64,000 nucleotides of DNA from Octopus vulgaris (lineage: Eukaryota). The number at the start of each line of letters is the position of its first letter. Within the stretch, counting starts at the first letter, position 1. The position numbers and the translations under genes were made by a program. Location of the stretch: contig OX597819.1 in NCBI GenBank assembly GCA_951406725.2, forward strand, positions 123,628,001 to 123,692,000. The letters are read 5' to 3'. Below, piece after piece: positions 42,155-57,739 of this stretch. The notes below the pieces were generated by a model. It saw nothing but the letters and a program-made list of their open reading frames with translations, did no database searches and was not told where the DNA came from.

Positions 42155-44119
42155 TTGATTTAGTGTTGAAGTATTTCATGGGCGACGGAAGTGAATCTTG
42201 ATTGGACTCGGGTCTCACGTGAGATCTTTGGGAATTTGGCAGGTTGAATTAGTATTTTCCCAACACACACACATATATAAAAAAAAAAGAGCTCTCCGTC
42301 GGTTACGACGACGAGGGTCCCAGCTGATACGATCAACAGAACAGCTTGCACGTGAAATTAACGTGCAAGTGACTGAGTACTCCACAGACACGTGTAACCT
42401 TAACGTAGTTCTCAGGGAGAGTCAGCCTGACACAAGATGTAACAAGGTCGGCCCTTTGAAATACAGGTACTACTCATTTTTGCCAGCTGAATGGACTGGA
42501 GCAACGTGAAATAAAGTGTCTTGCTCAAGGACACAACGCCGGGAACTGAACTCACTACCTTGCGATTGTAAGCCGAATGTCGTAACCACTAAGCCAGACG
42601 CCTTCACACACACACACACACACATGCACTTACACACACACACGCGCATATTCCATTGAGTCTTACTCCATTTGTTGGTGGATAAGACCTCACCAAGGTG
42701 TTACTAATGTTTAGTGAAGCGTAGGTGGTGAGCTATTGGGTGGTTGCTGTTTGCTCGGTGAAATATGAATTCAGAACATAAACAACCTGGAAAATTCCCA
42801 CAACCCCCCCCCCCCCCGCCGCTGCAAATAGAAACAATAACATACAATGAACGTTAAAGGAATTATATCTAAATGTAAAAACAAGAACTGAAGCAGATCT
42901 GGAATAGAGGGGGGGGGCATGACATTGATGGCGTCAAAACTGATAACGAAAGAGCTTTGACAAACGTAGCTGACTGATTGATAGACCGAGCATTTACTCA
43001 AACAAACGAGCGTAGGAGTGGCTGTGTGGTAAGTAGCTTTCTTACGAACCAGATTGTTCCGGGTTCAGTCCCACTGCGTGGCATCTTGGCCAAGTGTCTT
43101 CAACTGTAGCCTCGGGCCGACCAAAGCCTTGTGAGTGGATTTGGTAGACGGAAACTGAAAGAAGCCCGCCGTATATATGTATATATATATGTGTGTGTGT
43201 GTGTATGTGTGTGTATATGTTTGTGTGTCTGTGTTTGCCCCCCAACATCCTTTGACAACCGTAACTTAGCGGTTCAGCAAAAGAGACCGATAGAATAAGT
43301 ACTAGGCTTCCAAAGAATAAGTCCTGGTGTCGATTTGCTCGTGTAAAGGCGGTGCTCCAGCATGGCCACAGTCAAATGACTGAAACAAGTAAAAGAGTAA
43401 AAGATTTAAATATCAATCAACTGACAAGTATCAATAAGATAATGAAATCGATCGACCAATACGAATGTTCATTTTGGGGATAATATGTATTTTTCAGCAT
43501 ACGATTCGCATCAGGAATCTTGCAAACCAAAGAGAAAAGCGTAAAAGCAATAGTAATCTCGTAGCATATAAAATGTGTTAAAGAATGCGGTTGTATCAGT
43601 TTTCACTTACATATTTCTTTCACGTCGATCTTGCTATTTTTGCATGCTATTCGCTTGCAAGAAAGTTCTTCTTTAACTATGCCTACATTATTATTACAAT
43701 AGCACACTCCATTATAAGCACATCCGTTGCATTCTGAAGATAGTATAAAACATATATATTTTAAAGTGAGAAACAATGAACAGGTATTTTGTTGGTTTAA
43801 AATGTAGGGTAGTGGCATTTTTGCACTTGAATTTTTTTCTAAATTGGGAATCTTTCTCTGATTTCAAACAAACCCAATATCAAATGTGGTTGCTTAATTC
43901 TAGTAAATAGTGTAACAATATAGATGATAATAATGACTTCAAATTTTGGTACAATACCAGAAATTTTCACGGGGGTATGTATACAACCTTTGCGTTTAAG
44001 AATTGGTCTTGAGCCAATCTCGCGTCCAGTAAAACTGGTTGCAATGCTTTTCCTAAGCACCTCTTCAAAGTTCACCTTCTATTTTATTCCTTTCTATCAT
44101 TAATACCTTACTAAACCTT

Positions 44120-44900
44120 ACTGATCCTACTCTAATTCCCCTATAATTATCTGGGCAAACAACCATTTGTTGTTGACGATTGTCCATCTCAACACCCGCT
44201 TCATTAATTCTCTAATCCGGTCTCTGTAAAGTCTGCACGCTGGAAGTGACGTATTCAGCTTCCAGTAACCGGGTTCCTGTCTCCTTGGACTGTCTAGATC
44301 GACCGTACAGATCGCAATACTCTGTATAGATACAACGTAGATGACTCGATGCAATTAGTCCGCATACACATTGGCACATCCGGGAAATCCAGTCGGTACC
44401 TGTCAGACAGGTGCAAATGCCTTAGTAGGTTTGTAAGGTTGTTACCACACCCTTTTCTTTCTATTAGATCCATACAGTCCAAAGGCGGCTGTAAGATCGC
44501 GCTCCGGTGGCCCACTAATACTAAAGGTTGAGATGTTCCTAGGAAAACCTCCAGACGTCTGAAGAAATCCGGCTGTCCTGCTCCGGTCGGAGCATAAACA
44601 ACCAGCACTACCGATCATATCCAGGAACATCACCTTACTTTCTGGATCCAGGAAGGTAGTTCATATCTTGAGATTCAGGCCTCTCCGGAACAACACCGTG
44701 GTTTCACCTCCCATTACCGGCTGATATGGAGATAGATACCTCTCATATCCACCGAAAATGGCCATGAACGCCTGTCGGTCACTGAGTCTGCTTTCATTGT
44801 TGGCCACCACATCGACAATTACTGATCTGTGATTGATGAGTAGATGGCCTTGTTTCCCAGCCGACCTCAGACCACGTGTATTTATACTGCCTACTCTGAG
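44120..44900 (-). pseudogene. Tx1/L1-clade LINE endonuclease remnant
   Basis: LVVYAP...DFFRRLEVFL..PLVLVG and PGYWKLNTSL. Confidence 0.7.
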
Positions 44901-45586
44901 TAAGGCCGTGTTAGAAGAGGCAAAAGTTTATTTACTGTAATGTAGTTGGCGATGAAAGGATCCAAGTTCCGTCCTCATAGGTGCTTGTGGATGTTTTCAC
45001 GTGCAGTTCTTTAAATGTTCTTTCATTTATTTCTCTCTGGAAAGACCCTACTCCTACAGGGAAATTTGTGCGGTGATGCTTGTATGACTTGAATGTGTAG
45101 GCGTGTTGCTTTCTGATGTGATAACGCCGGTGTCTAATGACTATAATCATATATGTAATCAACTTTATTTCATTGTGGTGTCTGTTCTTCTGTAGTTCAA
45201 AATTGCTTTTATAGACTTCGCATGAGCTATTGTTCCTCTCTCTTTTCGTGTTGCTGTTGTTGCTGTGGATGATGCTGATGCTGTTACAGCAGTCACTTAC
45301 TTTTCCAAAGTGGTTTTTTTTCTTTTCCGGATGACCGGCTGTTCCTTTCAGCGAACTGACAATTCTCGTTCGCCATCTAATTAATTAACGAAAATGAGGG
45401 GCGTTTTAGCCCAAACAGACACCAAAATAGCCCTTAAGGGCTTCAAATGGAGAAGAAATAACCAGCTCGCCATGATCCTGGTCAGTTTACCCAAGTAACA
45501 ATAACAGAGGTACAACGTATAACAATGTATAACAATATGAATGACAACAAAACTTAGGGAGCAATGTGCGATACGTGTCGATGGCC

Positions 45587-46066
<480 letters not shown>

Positions 46067-46339
46067 GGCGAGCTGGCAGAAACGTTAGCACACCGGGCGA
46101 AATGCTTAGCAGTATTTCATCTGTCTTTACGTTCTGAATTCAAATTCCGTTTGGGTCAACTTTGGATTTCATCCTTTCGGGGACGATAAATTAAGTACCA
46201 GTTGCGTACTGCGGCCGATCTAATAGACTGGCCCCTCCCCCAAAATTTCGGGCCTTGTGCCTAGAGTAGAAAAGAATAATAACAAAATTGATGATGATAA
46301 TAATCATGATATTAACAATAATTATACTACTACTACTAC

Positions 46340-46462
<123 letters not shown>

Positions 46463-46735
46463 TAATAATAATAATAATAATACTGGTACATCACACGTAT
46501 TGAGAAGAGCAGATTGTCTTAACTGGTACATCACATGTATTGAGAAGAGCATTGTCGATGTGAGAACTGTTGCTGCTCATGTATTTTAATTTAACATAAA
46601 AAAATTTTTTAAAAATGAACGAACTACTGAGTTTGGTTTAATGGCCTACCATTGTATACTATGAGTTTCTTTGCCCTAGGAGTCGGGAAGACACCCGGCA
46701 AGAAATGGAAGCAAATTTGAAAGAAGAAAAAAAAA

Positions 46736-46792
<57 letters not shown>

Positions 46793-47359
46793 GCCCTGAT
46801 GTAGTATCAGGCAGTGGCTCTCATGGCTTCTGATCTTAACTGATTGGGAGTGTTATCATGTACATTGTTTTGTCATGGTATAAAAGATGGGCTACAGCAA
46901 ATATTCTGCTCAATATCACAGATTTGGTTGTCATTTGCTTGACCTTAATCAGTTGAGCATGTCCCTTGGTGTCTGACGATATGAGCATCTCTGATCACGA
47001 GCTGAAGTAGTGGTGGTGCGGGGGGGGGGGGCATCATAAACATGTGTTGAGAGGGATTCTTTGGGGTTTGAATAATTCACCTCTGGAAACATGGGTGGTT
47101 CGTTCAACATCCTTAAACAACCATTATTGAGAGACCTTTTGAGTAGGATGGGTTACTCGACCAGAAGGAAATTCTAACTGGGCCCCACCTGCAAGGTCAT
47201 GTGCTGTTTATCTTGATATGAGATCGCCATGTCGCGCACATATGATTGTGATGCATGTGCCTAGTGTACCCTTATCAGACGGCTAGTCATGATGGGTATA
47301 CTGGGCTTCGTATATTTTAGCCCAGTGTCATTTTGATGGCATGCACTGCTCTCTCACTC

Positions 47360-47439
<80 letters not shown>

Positions 47440-47440
<1 letters not shown>

Positions 47441-47955
47441 GGTCACAGAAAAGTTCACAGAAAACGAGAAAGCAACCATACTCTGGGATATGCCAATACA
47501 CACAGATAGAGAAATTAAGGTCAACAGACCAGATATAGTTGTTAGAGATCATGAAGAAAAAAATGCTTTCTAATTGATGTATCAATACCAGCAGATGACA
47601 ACGTGTCTCTAAAAGAAATAGAGAAACTTTCAAAATACAAAGACCTGGAAATAGAGGTAACTAGAATGTGGAATCTAAAAACAGAAACAGTTCCTATCAT
47701 AGTAGGTGCATTAGGTATGATAAAAAAATATTCAGACAAATACATAACAAAAACACAAGGACTTACAAACACATATAACATACAGAAAATTGCACTACTG
47801 GGCACTGCACACATCCCACGCAAAACACTTTCAATACAGTAACCATAAGACCATCAAACCAAACCACAGCACATACCCAAGGCACATAGAGCTGCGCTTG
47901 GTAATGAAGGGAAAGCACGTTTAAAAAGTAAAACTACTGAATAATAATAATAATA
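47440..47955 (+). pseudogene. R4/Dong-like 3' end with restriction-like endonuclease domain
   Basis: ILWDMPI.TD...RPDIVV...LIDVSIP.D.NV..KE.EKLSKYKDL...VPIIVGALG; bounded by (AAT)n at both ends. Confidence 0.85.
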
Positions 47956-49247
47956 TTAAAGAAGGTTATTTTTCTTTAACAAGGGTGACCTAAAAAAGAA
48001 TACAGAAAAGCCTAATCATCGCTGCTCAGGACCAGGCAGTGAATGCCAACTCAGTGTAAAAGGATATGTACCACACAAATGCAACGGACAAATGCAATAG
48101 TACAAGCCAAAACACGACAAGGTAGCCCAAAACCTCCACTGGCTACTATGGATATGAGGTCACGTGTGCTTGGTACCATCATACACCAGAAATGGTAATG
48201 GACGAAATGGGGAAGGCAAAAGAAGATGAGTCGATTACATCGACGCATTGTTCAACTGGTATTTATTTTTTCGAGTCCGAAAGGATGAAAGATAAAGTCG
48301 ACCACAGCGGAATTTGAACTCAGTACAGAGCAACGGGCGAAATACTTTCTTTGCTACCCACAAGGGGCTAAACACAGAGGGGACAAACAAGGACAGACAA
48401 ACAGATTAAGTCGATTACATCGACACCAGTGCGTAACTGGTACTTAATTTATCGACCCCGAAAGGATGAAAGGCAAATTCGACCTCGGCGGAATTTGAAC
48501 TCAGAACGTAACAGCAGACGAAATACGGCTACACATTTCGCCCGGCGTGCTAATGTTTCTGCCCGCCTCAGTGATAATGATAATAATAACGCTTTCTGCC
48601 TTACACACGAGGCACAAAATTTTGGTGAAAGACGATAGTCGATTTCATCGACCCCAATACTCAACTAGTACTTCTGTTATCGATCCTGAAAGGATGACCA
48701 GCGATGCCAACCTTAGCGGTATTTGATGTCTGAACGTAAAGACCCGAAAAAAAAATATTTAGGATTTGTATTGTCACTCAGTAAGATATTCAAATAATTC
48801 TAAACGGCAATGATGTGAACTGGAGTGACTTAGAAATGGGGTCTCTGATGTTTGAAAATATTTTATAGACTTTACAAACATAGAAAGGAGGAAAACTGGT
48901 TCCTGGCATGTAAGATGTTATTGATATTATTTCGCAGTTGGCCTGATAAAGTTTTTTCGCATAGGTTCATGCAACAGCAATAGGGAGAAAAGGAATTAGA
49001 TTAGAGTTATTTACCATAAACCTGTTCAGCAGAATAAATGAATAAAAAAGGCGAACAATGTGAAAACTTACTATCACCAGAAACGCACAGAGCTGTAATT
49101 AAAAGCATCGAATATATAAACATCTGAAAGAAGAATAGAAATAAATTAAATTATATTATAATATTTAAATTTAAGAGATGAGGAATTATGCACATTATTT
49201 ACATTATTTACATTTGACGGATATTTGTCCTCGTCTTGTTTGTTGTT

Positions 49248-49293
49248 AACACAAAGCTTCGGCTGATATATTCTCCAGCCTTCATCAGGTGTC
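49248..49293 (-). ncRNA. Minimal hammerhead-like motif, probably inactivated (GAAG instead of GAAA)
   Basis: GACAC-CUGAUGA-A-GGCUG(loop)CAGCC-GAAG-CUUU-GUGUU. Confidence 0.6.
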
Positions 49294-49351
49294 TTGGGGA
49301 AATTTCGAACCTGGGTTCTCATTTCTAAGGTATTTTTCGATGATATTATCA

Positions 49352-49391
<40 letters not shown>

Positions 49392-49414
<23 letters not shown>

Positions 49415-49573
49415 TCAGGTTAATGCCTGAAATCGAACTCGGAATATTGGGTTAGTAGCCCGTGCTCTTAACCACTACGCTATATGCCCGTAGTGCATAT
49501 AGTGCTATATGGCGTAATAGTAAAGAGCGCAGGCAACTAACACCAGGATTCCGAGTTCGATTCCGGGCAGTGA

Positions 49574-49580
<7 letters not shown>
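49392..49580. mobile_element. Head-to-head pair of short tRNA-derived SINEs with (AAT)n tails
   Basis: Both have A-box (tagcgtagtggt / tggcgtaatagt), B-box gagttcgatt and end acctgaat(aat)n. Confidence 0.7.
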
Positions 49581-49672
<92 letters not shown>

Positions 49673-49698
49673 TAATAATAATAATAATAATAATAATA

Positions 49699-49778
<80 letters not shown>

Positions 49779-49779
<1 letters not shown>

Positions 49780-51540
49780 GCCTGCCCTGGTAGCAGCTGG
49801 ACGTGTCTTTCGCTGCTCTGATAAGTCAGCAGCTGAAGACACATGAATTCTACTACAACTGAAAAACAACTTTTAAAAACTGGAATATCTAAAGTTTTCC
49901 GTGAGTACCTAAAATCTCATTCTAATTAGCTTTAAAAACTTGATTATCTACAATTTTATCCGGACGAACACACAAACAATCATCTTTAAAAACTCTAATA
50001 TTTACAATTTCCTATGAATACCCAAAACTCTTCTTTTCTCTGTGACTAGCCAAATATGTAAACATCCCTTTTTTCTCTGCAAGAACACTCTTAGACGCCT
50101 CCGGTTATCCAACTTAAGCAATTTATATATATAGAAATTAGATATATATATATACACAGACATTCTATTACAACCAAAAAACATTATTTTGAAAACTGTA
50201 GTATCTATAATCCTCTGTGAGTATTTAAAATCTCATTCTAAATAACTTTAAAAACTTGACTATCTACAGTATTCTCTGGACGGACACACAAACGATCATC
50301 TCTAAAAACATTAATATCTACAATATTATGTGAAAAGTAAAACTTTCCGTGAACACACAAACGATCATCTTTAATATATACATTGTACTGTGAATAGCCA
50401 AATATGAAAAAACCCCAAAAATTTCTACAAGAACACTCTTAAACGCCGCCGGATAACTAATTTAAGCAATTTATATATATAGAAATTATATATATGTGAG
50501 TGTGTGTATTTTATTTCTGTCTTTCTATCGGTAATTAAAACATACAAGGTGAGTTGTTAGTAAACACATATTTGACCTCTGCTGACCGCTCCTTTGCTGG
50601 ACCACATGGGTACAATCACTCTTTCACCCCTCGCCTACTCCTATTGAGTCTATTTATAGACTAACGATATCTAACTGTATGACTGCCATCCTGCCTATCT
50701 ACCGCCAACCTGCCCTCTCCTTCCTCTAAATAATAATAATAATACACTGTTAATAATAATACACCACAACCATCACAGAAAGAAAAAGGTAAGCGGAACA
50801 AATGGACCCGAGAAGAGTATAAAGAAGTAATATACGCTTATTACTATGCATTAGGTAGGCCATCTCAAGAGAGACACACCGCAACCTCTTACAGTATATG
50901 GAGAACACGGAATCAAGACAGTAGACCCTATTTGGACGAGAACAAATTGGCAAATGTGAGGAGGGATATCCTTAGAAATAACAGACTCACAGACAGTGAA
51001 ATAAGCGCGATCAAGCACGCAACGGAAAATTACATAAATATAAGACACAAAGGAAATGAAGAATCAGATGAACAGTATAGCCCGCCACGAGGCTTAATTG
51101 AAAGACTGCCATCTGACCAAAGCATGCAAAGTACTGAAGATACAAGAAATTCTATTGAACCTGTTAAAGATAGTCAGGAAAATGATAAAATAACAGTAAC
51201 TGAAGATCTCGCATTTGCTGAAGAACACAGAGAGTCTATGGCAGAAATGAGGCAGAAAATCCTGAATACGCTTGAAGTTGTAAGACATACAAATATGAAT
51301 GATAGAGAACCACTTCATAAACTCTCAAATACAAACCAAAATAAAAAACAAATCAAAATTTGCAATTATGAAATAATACAAATGAAATAATACAAATGAA
51401 ATAATACGAGAATTAAAACCTGATTTTACTGAGTTAAATGAAATTATTAACGCTTCTGCTAGGGCAATTGAAACCAGCTGTATGCCCCCGAAAAAACAAA
51501 GAAAACCAAACCTGGGAAGAAATCAAACCTGGAGAAGTAA
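49779..51540 (+). mobile_element. 5' part of R4/Dong-like element: repeat-containing 5' UTR and N-terminal Myb-like ORF
   Basis: Begins in (AAT)n; frame from ~50800 reads KWTREEYKEVIYAYYYA...SIWRTRN...LDENKLANVRRDILRNNRL; duplicated blocks in 49870-50490. Confidence 0.7.
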
Positions 51541-51955
51541 AACTTATTCTTGCTGGCGATAACACTGGAACATAGATATATACAAGAAATGAGGTGATAA
51601 CGGGTGTTTTGTAACATTTTGCCTTCTCAATTTATGACCCATCATAAATCAAATAATAAAAATTTCAATAATATTTGTCAGGAAAAACGGCTAACAGCTG
51701 TTGTCAGGAACGAGGACAACGATGTCCCTTAGCATTTCAATTTAACTTATAGCATGCTACATCCCTAAGGTAATCATCGTCAAGTCCCTAAGGTAAGAAA
51801 TGTGTGGAATGTCACATTGTTCTTTGTTTTGAGCGGGAATTCCTAGTATGATATCAGTACAACTGTGATTATGTAGTATAATAAACATACTCCGGACTCT
51901 CTCAGACATTTAATTTCCCACAGGTAATAACCCATAGTGTGTTTCTGTTGCTCTC

Positions 51956-51986
<31 letters not shown>

Positions 51987-52003
51987 CTCTCTCTCTCTTT
52001 CTT

Positions 52004-52046
<43 letters not shown>

Positions 52047-52049
52047 CTA

Positions 52050-52127
<78 letters not shown>

Positions 52128-52667
52128 TGCAGGACTGCTGAAATCTACAATTTTTTTTTTCATTCACTGTTTATTTTCAATTATGCCTCTCTATTGAAGA
52201 GCGTAGGCTCGAAACATGAAAGACTTTTTCATTTTTCTGAGCGCCAAACTAATACAGTTACTTGTTATTCATACATTTGTCCTGTTTTTTTAAATATAAA
52301 TTTCAACTATATATATGTATATATATGTGTGTGTGCATGTATATATATATGTGTGTATGTGTGTGTATGTGTGTGTGTTTGTGTGTGTACATACATGTAT
52401 GTATGCATATGGGATGGAAGCACTCCGTCGGTTATGACGATGAGGGTTCCGGTTGATCCGAATCAACGGAACAGCCTGCTCGTGAAATTAAAGTGTAAGT
52501 GGCTGAGCACTCCACAGACACGTGCACCCTTAACGTAGTTCTCGGGGATATTCAGCGTGACACAGAGATGTCTTGATTAACTGAAAGTTTACACTGTCGC
52601 AAGGAGGTACATGTTAATGCATGGAAGATTCAATGAGATAATTGAACACGTGGCAGATTCAATCAGA

Positions 52668-52902
<235 letters not shown>

Positions 52903-53242
52903 GTTTTTCTCTCTAAATAGCCTGCTCGCTTAGCCAGCGGGGTGGCGTCATTTGAAGGCTAAAACAATGCGAAGCGCATTGTGACCAGCCATGTGACACA
53001 GAGAGTGACCAGGCCGGCCCCTTGAAATACAGATACAACAGAAACAGGCAGTAAGAGTGAGAGAAAGCTGTGGTGAAAGAGTACAGCAGGGATCACCACC
53101 ATCCCCTGCCGGAGACTCGTGGAGCTTTTAGGTGTTTTCGCTCAATAAACACTCACAACGCCCGGTCAGGGAATCGAAACCGCAATCCTATGACTGCGAG
53201 TCCGCTGCCATAACTACTGGGCCATTGCGCCTCCAGATGTAT

Positions 53243-53450
<208 letters not shown>

Positions 53451-53848
53451 GAAAGTTAGAAAGTTAGTTTCAAACATTCCGTCGTAAATATAAAAAAACA
53501 AATTTCATGGACAATACTGGTGGATGGAGACGGAGATTTGTGGATATTTTTCGTATCGTAATACGATAAACTGAAAAACGTTCCTAGGTGAACAGAGTCG
53601 ACGGGTGTGCGAATAAGAATACAAGAGTTATAGAATGAAATGGATTTGATAAGATCCGGGTTACATATGTTTCATAGCGAGCGGAACCTGTGAAATATTA
53701 AATATCCAAGCGAGGTGTATACCGCAGACTACTCTCCTCGGGCTAAGGATGTCTTGATTAACTGAAAGTTTACACTGTCGCAAGGAGGTACATGTTAATG
53801 CATGGAAGATTCAATGAGATAATTGAACACGTGGCAGATTCAATCAGA

Positions 53849-54099
<251 letters not shown>

Positions 54100-54242
54100 G
54101 TCTTTCTCTGTAAATGGTCTGCTCGCTTAGCCCAGCGGGGTGGCGTCATTTGAAGGCTAAAACAATGCGAAGCGCATTGTGACCAGCGATGTGTAGCAAT
54201 ATCTGATGGCCTGGTCGGTCACGGTGATCACGGTGATAGATG

Positions 54243-54288
<46 letters not shown>

Positions 54289-54453
54289 GACACTGACATT
54301 TTATAAACCAGATTATCGCATGCTGTTATCCTGTTATGCTGCTGGTCACAATGCGTTTCACATCTCGTTAACTTTCAAATGTTACCACTCCGATGATTAG
54401 ATGGACATGTCAGCATTCGCCATGGACGGAATGCCTGTCTGTTGCAGAGTGCG

Positions 54454-54486
54454 TAGGGTTAGGGTTAGGGTTAGGGGTTAGGGTTA
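54454..54486 (+). repeat. Short interstitial (TTAGGG)n
   Basis: tagggttagggttagggttaggggttagggtta. Confidence 0.9.
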
Positions 54487-54674
54487 AGCAATGTAAAATG
54501 AATTGTTGTGCCTAAGAACACTAACAACAATCAGACTAGGAATCGAAACTATGCACTCGAATACAACATTCAAAACAATAGGGGTCATGAATCTTCGTAC
54601 ACAAATACACCCACACGCACACAAACACAAACACACATAACTACACACACACGCACACACACACACTTATATAT

Positions 54675-54720
<46 letters not shown>

Positions 54721-54729
<9 letters not shown>

Positions 54730-54882
54730 AAACAAGTCAAAAATAGAAAATGCTAAGATCCCAGATAAAAATTCCACAAAACAGAAAAATAGCTTGTGTT
54801 GGCTAAAAGCTATTTTTCTGTTTTGTGGAATTTTTATCTGGGATCTTAGCATTTTCTATTTTTGACTTGTTTTTTCATATAT
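54721..54882. repeat. Perfect fold-back hairpin, ~70-bp arms
   Basis: atgaaaaaacaagtc...aaaaatagctt (short loop) aagctattttt...gacttgttttttcat. Confidence 0.95.
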
Positions 54883-54910
54883 ATCAACTCGTGTGTTCCT
54901 TTTCACCCTT

Positions 54911-54969
<59 letters not shown>

Positions 54970-54976
54970 TATATGC

Positions 54977-55228
54977 ATATTAAACTATGGTTGCAGAACA
55001 AACAAATACAGGGTCATCCACGTAACATTTCATATCTCGAACATTTAATCACTTAATACTTTTTCTTTCATATAGAATATACATGCATAAAATCACGGAA
55101 GACGAAACACAACTCATCAATACAAGCATCTATGTGAAAGAAAAAGCATTACGTGATTAAATGTTCGAGATATGAAATGTTACGTGGATGACCTTATATT
55201 TGTTTGTTCTGCAACCATAGTTTAATAT
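54977..55228. repeat. Inverted repeat, ~75-bp arms, ~100-bp spacer
   Basis: attaaactatggttgcagaac...atttaatcac vs gtgattaaat...gttctgcaaccatagtttaat. Confidence 0.9.
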
Positions 55229-55479
55229 ATTTGCCTCATTTAATTGAGCACTTCTATAGCAGTCCTATCAAACATTTTGTTCCTGATAAGAAACAATCAC
55301 TTTATTATAGGTATGTGCATATACATGTATACTTCATATGTGTGTATATCTATCTATCTACCTATCTAGCTATCTATCTATCTCTCTTTCTATATATATA
55401 TGTCTTTATTTGCCACACAGAGGGAACAAATTACAAAGTAGAGCTTTCTTTTTGCGGGATGTAAAAAAAAAGAATAGAA

Positions 55480-56040
55480 AATAGATGCCTGGTGCCTATG
55501 TTTTAAAAAGCCGGGTAGCCACATTTCAAAATTTCAAATTATGCCAACATCAAGCAGCTTGTGAGACATCATTCCATGATTGACTTCATCGAAGCGTTTC
55601 GCAAAGTGGAGGTATATCACATCCACAAGTCATAGTGTCAAACAGCTTCTTTCTGGTCGGAAACCGTACTAGGTATCAGTCAGCAAGTCATTTTCTTCAA
55701 GGAACGTAATTTGTTTCCTACGGACTATCCGTTCCATTACTTTGCTGATATGTGAGGTTAGAGAGATAAGTCTGTAGTTTTTGGCTACCACTCTGCTACT
55801 ACCTTTTTGAATATAGCATACTCTTCCGTCTTTCAAATTAACTGGAAGCTTGACACTTGCAAAAACGCTGTGGAAGAAAGACAGCAGCTGTTTTGCTACG
55901 GCTCATTTACCCGATTTTATGATTGCTGGGAAACCACCTGAGCCAGTTGTTGAATTCGGGTTTATCTCATCAATGAGTAGTATTACATCTTTTATATCGA
56001 TGTAATCAATTGAGCGTGGGCTGCGGGGTCACTCCGAAAA
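55480..56040 (-). pseudogene. Old CR1/Jockey-group RT remnant
   Basis: Broken motifs: GPGGFPA, KNYRL.SLTSHISKVMERIV, QY..GFRPERSCLT, VDVIYLHFAKRFDEV. Confidence 0.65.
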
Positions 56041-56045
56041 GCTCT

Positions 56046-56285
56046 ATCTACGACAATTTCATCTCAATCGACGGAGAGGGGCTTTCTCCATCCGGGTTGC
56101 GGATCCGTGGAATAAGCTGCCTGACGAGATAGTGAAGATGCCGACGAGCGCTCGGTTCAAAGTCTCTTTTGACCAGAAATGGCCTGAACTCTTTGTATGA
56201 CCACCCTCCCTGTACATAACTCCCTGTCCCCCTACATGGCCTTGCTTTTGCTTTTTGAGCCAATAAAAATTGAATTGAATTGAAT
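56046..56285 (+). mobile_element. 3' end of CR1/L2-like LINE
   Basis: RRGAFSIRVADPWNKLPDEIV...RFKVSFD, then aataaa and a (ttgaa)n tail. Confidence 0.7.
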
Positions 56286-56893
56286 ATTGCTTCTCTTTTT
56301 ATGCCTGCAGTGATAACGAATTTATAGATTTGCAGACTTGCACGTACAGTAACGATGGCGTGAAAACACATTCAAATTGTTCATTGAGTGTTTCACGTAT
56401 CCTATGACGGAGCCACCGTTTTGGAGGAGTGGACTTACTCTGCGACGGACTGAGGGAGTTTCTTTGGCAAACTTAAAGATGGCTTTAGTTTGAGAAGAAA
56501 ATGCTGCTAAGCAATTTGTCCGACGTGCTGCCGATCCTGCCAACTCGCCGCCTTTTATATTTCTGCAAAGGCGGAGTAAATTCTGAGAAGCGTGTTTTGC
56601 AATGCTATTAATGTGAAACCGCCAGCGGATGTAATCATGCAGATGTTGAAATTGTTTCATAGCATGTGCGATGGATATGTTACTGGGTTTGTAGAAGACA
56701 AAATATTCACGCCTCCGCTGCAAAAGGATTATGTGGAATATATTCGTAAAGGAACTGCGGTTTGATGCAATTAAAATAGGTCTGGTGAGATGACGATTGT
56801 ATGCTGATAATCACAAAGAATAAAGGTTAATATTATTTACGTAAGCGTGAAACTTGTTATGATTGTAACAGGAATAAGTTGTTATACGACATA

Positions 56894-57278
56894 TTGGGTT
56901 GTCCGGAAAGTTCGTGCCGATTTATAGTAGCTTACCTTTCGACTTATTTTAGAACATGGTTGAGTCCATAAAACAGGATTTGACTACACCTCCATTTAGA
57001 GAAGAGTTTAAGCTATCTTTTCGTGGAAGAAGGTTTATGTTCCTATAACCTGTGTTAATTATGTAACCCTTTAAAATTGAAGATAAGAAAGTTCATTTTC
57101 GGCATTTGATGCTTTGGGAATCAGACAAAAATTGCTGTATCTCGGCTGGAATGTGTTATCCCACCCTCCATATTCACCAAAAATGGTTCATATTTGGTTG
57201 ATTAAAAATGTAATGGCAAGTATTTAGTGACCATTTTCTTTCCTTTAAAAATCGGCATGAACTTTCCGGACAACCCAA
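56894..57278 (+). mobile_element. mariner deletion derivative (MITE-like) with TA TSD
   Basis: ~30-bp TIRs ttgggttgtccggaaagttc(g/a)tgccgattt flanked by TA; internal EDKKVHFRHLMLWE and LGW.VL.HPPYSP remnants. Confidence 0.9.
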
Positions 57279-57288
57279 TAGATGAACG

Positions 57289-57698
57289 TTTGACAAAACA
57301 GATTTCGCTAGTCTGTAACTGCACACGGTTGAGTGGTATTGTATAACAAGAAGTTTTAGTGTTAATGGTCAACAGACGGAATAATTACACAGCTGTGCCT
57401 CGTTACTCGTGGGGATTGACAAAACTGGTTCAATAGTGTGTGTTTGCACACGACTGGATGTTGTAGTATAACATGAAGTTTTGATATCATCAGTCAAGGG
57501 ACGGAATAATTCCACAGCTGTGCCTCGTTTCTAGTAGATTTTGACAAAACAGATTCGCTAGTGTATGTTTGCACACGTCTGGGTGCTATCGCATAACATG
57601 AGGTTTTGGTGTTATTGGTCAAGAGATGGAATAATTACAGAGCTGTGCTTCGTTGCTGGTAGAGATTGACGAAACAGATTCGCTAGTATATATTTGCA
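57289..57698 (+). repeat. Diverged ~120-bp tandem repeat, about 3.4 units
   Basis: Recurring ttgacaaaacagattcgctagt...ggaataattacacagctgtgcctcgtt. Confidence 0.85.
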
Positions 57699-57739
57699 AT
57701 CACCATCGATTTTTCAAATATCAATAGGAAATTTCAATG

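Noticed and set aside
57289-57698. Regularly spaced repeats resembling a CRISPR array
   Set aside because: Whole ~120-bp units are homologous with no unique spacers; eukaryotic context; no cas genes
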